64,000 bases of DNA from a virus: IMG/VR virus record IMGVR_UViG_3300027967_000093. The stretch is one strand, 5' to 3'. This document shows positions 62,580 through 64,000 of this stretch, one piece after another. Numbering within the stretch: the stretch's first letter is position 1; each line of letters opens with the position of its first letter. The notes beneath the pieces are model-generated. The model was not told the origin of the DNA. It worked only from the letters and a program-made list of their open reading frames with translations, and made no database searches. Position numbers and translations under genes: made by a program.

Positions 62580-63962
62580 ATGCCAGTAATTACCGATCAA
62601 TTTAAAAAGCAGGTTCTAGACGACCTACTCACTGACTTCAGAGATTCTGATAACAGTGTACGATATTATGCAGCAATTGGTAGATCCGAAGATTGGAATG
62701 ATTCTGATGTTCCTACTGTTCCTACCAATGACCTTGCGTCAGCCAGAGAATCTCGAGGTTCGTTACAGTCAATTAAATTGATTGAAGACGCATCTTATGT
62801 TATTCCTCGTAGGGTTTGGGTTGCAAACTTAATCTACTCTCCGTATGACGACAATGATGTTGGGTTTCCCGAGAATCCTTTCTATGTTATCAACTCGAAT
62901 AACGAAGTCTACATCTGCCTAGAACAAGGTAAGAGACAGGACGGTACTTCTCAGTTGTCGACTGTGCAACCTACTGGTAACACCACCGGCACGGCATTCC
63001 GTACTTCGGATGGTTACACTTGGAAGTTCTTGTATACTATCGGTGCACTTCGTGCAGATAAGTTCTTGTCTTCTGGTTATATGCCAGTTCAATTCGTTGC
63101 AACGACTGACTCGGATAGTCCGGCAGAAGATTTGCAACAAGAGATGGTACAGAACAATGCAGTCAAGGGACAGATTTTAGGTTATCGTATTATCAACGGT
63201 GGTTCTGGTTATACATCTAACCCAACTGTTAGTGTTATTGGTAATGGTACTGGCGCAAGTGCGTATGCAGTACGTGCTGGCGAGACTATCGTTGACATCA
63301 AAGTTAAAGAAGATTCCTCGGGTAATGCCGGTTCATCTTACTTTGGTACCGGATACAACTATGCGAATATAGTTGTGACTGGAGGTGGTGGTGACTCTTG
63401 TACTGTTCGTCCTATTATAGGTCAACCTAATGGCATGGGTTCTAATCCTGTCATCGACCTTAAAGCGAACGGTATGATGTTCAACTCTAAACCTGATGGT
63501 GTAGAGAATGATGACTTCATTACTGGTGATGAGATTTTCCGTCAAGTAATGTTGTTGCGTAACCCTAGAGTAGATAGTTCAGAAGGTACTTTACTTACAT
63601 CTACTTCCGCCCTTGCACTAGATAAGATTATACACGATGGAAGTGGATTTGTCAAGTCTACTGTGCAAAAATCTCAAATACAAGGTGTGACCTCTGGTGC
63701 AGTAGCCATCATTGATGACACCAACGATTCAGATACAATTTGGTATCACCAAAATGCAGAGACCGGATTTATTCCGTTCCAAAGTTCACCACCAGAAGAA
63801 ATACAAGTGGTTGGTAATACTGGTATCAACGGAACTATTACAAGTTTGGTAGAAGGTGAGTTTAATCCATACACTGGAGACTTACTATATATTGATAACC
63901 GTTCTGCTGTTACTCGTTCAAACGACCAAACCGAAGACTTGAAAATCGTAATTACTCTCTAG
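62580..63962 (+). CDS. 8: baseplate wedge gp8
   Basis: IGRSEDW, FYVINS..VYICL, DGYTWKFLY, GDLLYIDNR...EDLKIVI. Confidence 0.88.
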   Translation: MPVITDQFKKQVLDDLLTDFRDSDNSVRYYAAIGRSEDWNDSDVPTVPTNDLASARESRGSLQSIKLIEDASYVIPRRVWVANLIYSPYDDNDVGFPENPFYVINSNNEVYICLEQGKRQDGTSQLSTVQPTGNTTGTAFRTSDGYTWKFLYTIGALRADKFLSSGYMPVQFVATTDSDSPAEDLQQEMVQNNAVKGQILGYRIINGGSGYTSNPTVSVIGNGTGASAYAVRAGETIVDIKVKEDSSGNAGSSYFGTGYNYANIVVTGGGGDSCTVRPIIGQPNGMGSNPVIDLKANGMMFNSKPDGVENDDFITGDEIFRQVMLLRNPRVDSSEGTLLTSTSALALDKIIHDGSGFVKSTVQKSQIQGVTSGAVAIIDDTNDSDTIWYHQNAETGFIPFQSSPPEEIQVVGNTGINGTITSLVEGEFNPYTGDLLYIDNRSAVTRSNDQTEDLKIVITL

Positions 63963-63971
63963 GATTAAGAA

Positions 63972-64000
63972 ATGCCAAACACGTTTACAGAACAAACATT
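63972..64000 (+). CDS. start of next structural gene (truncated by window)
   Basis: AGGA RBS, ATG 63972 (MPNTFTEQT...). Confidence 0.5.

Noticed and set aside
1-64000. tRNA/rRNA genes, CRISPR arrays, IS elements, stop-codon recoding
   Set aside because: Intergenic gaps are short and none shows a cloverleaf or repeat-spacer pattern by eye; core genes are intact in the standard code (tRNAscan/Infernal not run)

Overview
64 kb segment of a large T4-like (Tevenvirinae-related, probably marine) myophage genome. Evidence: TATAAATA late promoters, sigma70-type early promoters, gp32, gp33, gp2, gp4, the baseplate/tail genes (gp26/51/29, gp48, gp53, a split gp5, gp25, gp6, gp7, gp9-like, gp8), nrdA/nrdB, phoH and a T4-type lysozyme. 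The host cannot be assigned from this window. No tRNA, rRNA, CRISPR array, IS element or intein was seen. Most notable: (1) a late-transcribed cluster (5.8-14.8 kb, plus 17.5 and 36.5 kb) of proteins whose N-termini resemble the T4 capsid-targeting sequence. It includes a ligase-motif protein, a HIGH nucleotidyltransferase polyprotein, a PD-(D/E)xK-like nuclease, a P-loop kinase and modular polyproteins joined by gp21-type Glu linkers, suggesting a virion-packaged, injected enzyme arsenal. (2) Overprinted +1-frame genes revealed by abrupt codon-bias shifts; the clearest lies inside the ligase-like gene. (3) A U-UUU-UUA -1 frameshift that would fuse gp26 to gp51 just upstream of the tape-measure gene, like lambda G/GT. 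(4) A cyanophycin-synthetase-like ATP-grasp ligase. (5) A large glycan-tailoring gene set, alongside Asp-Ser motif enrichment in virion proteins. (6) An NrdA-glutaredoxin fusion. (7) gp5 split into three genes with an amidase in the middle. All family assignments come from motif recognition by eye, not database searches.
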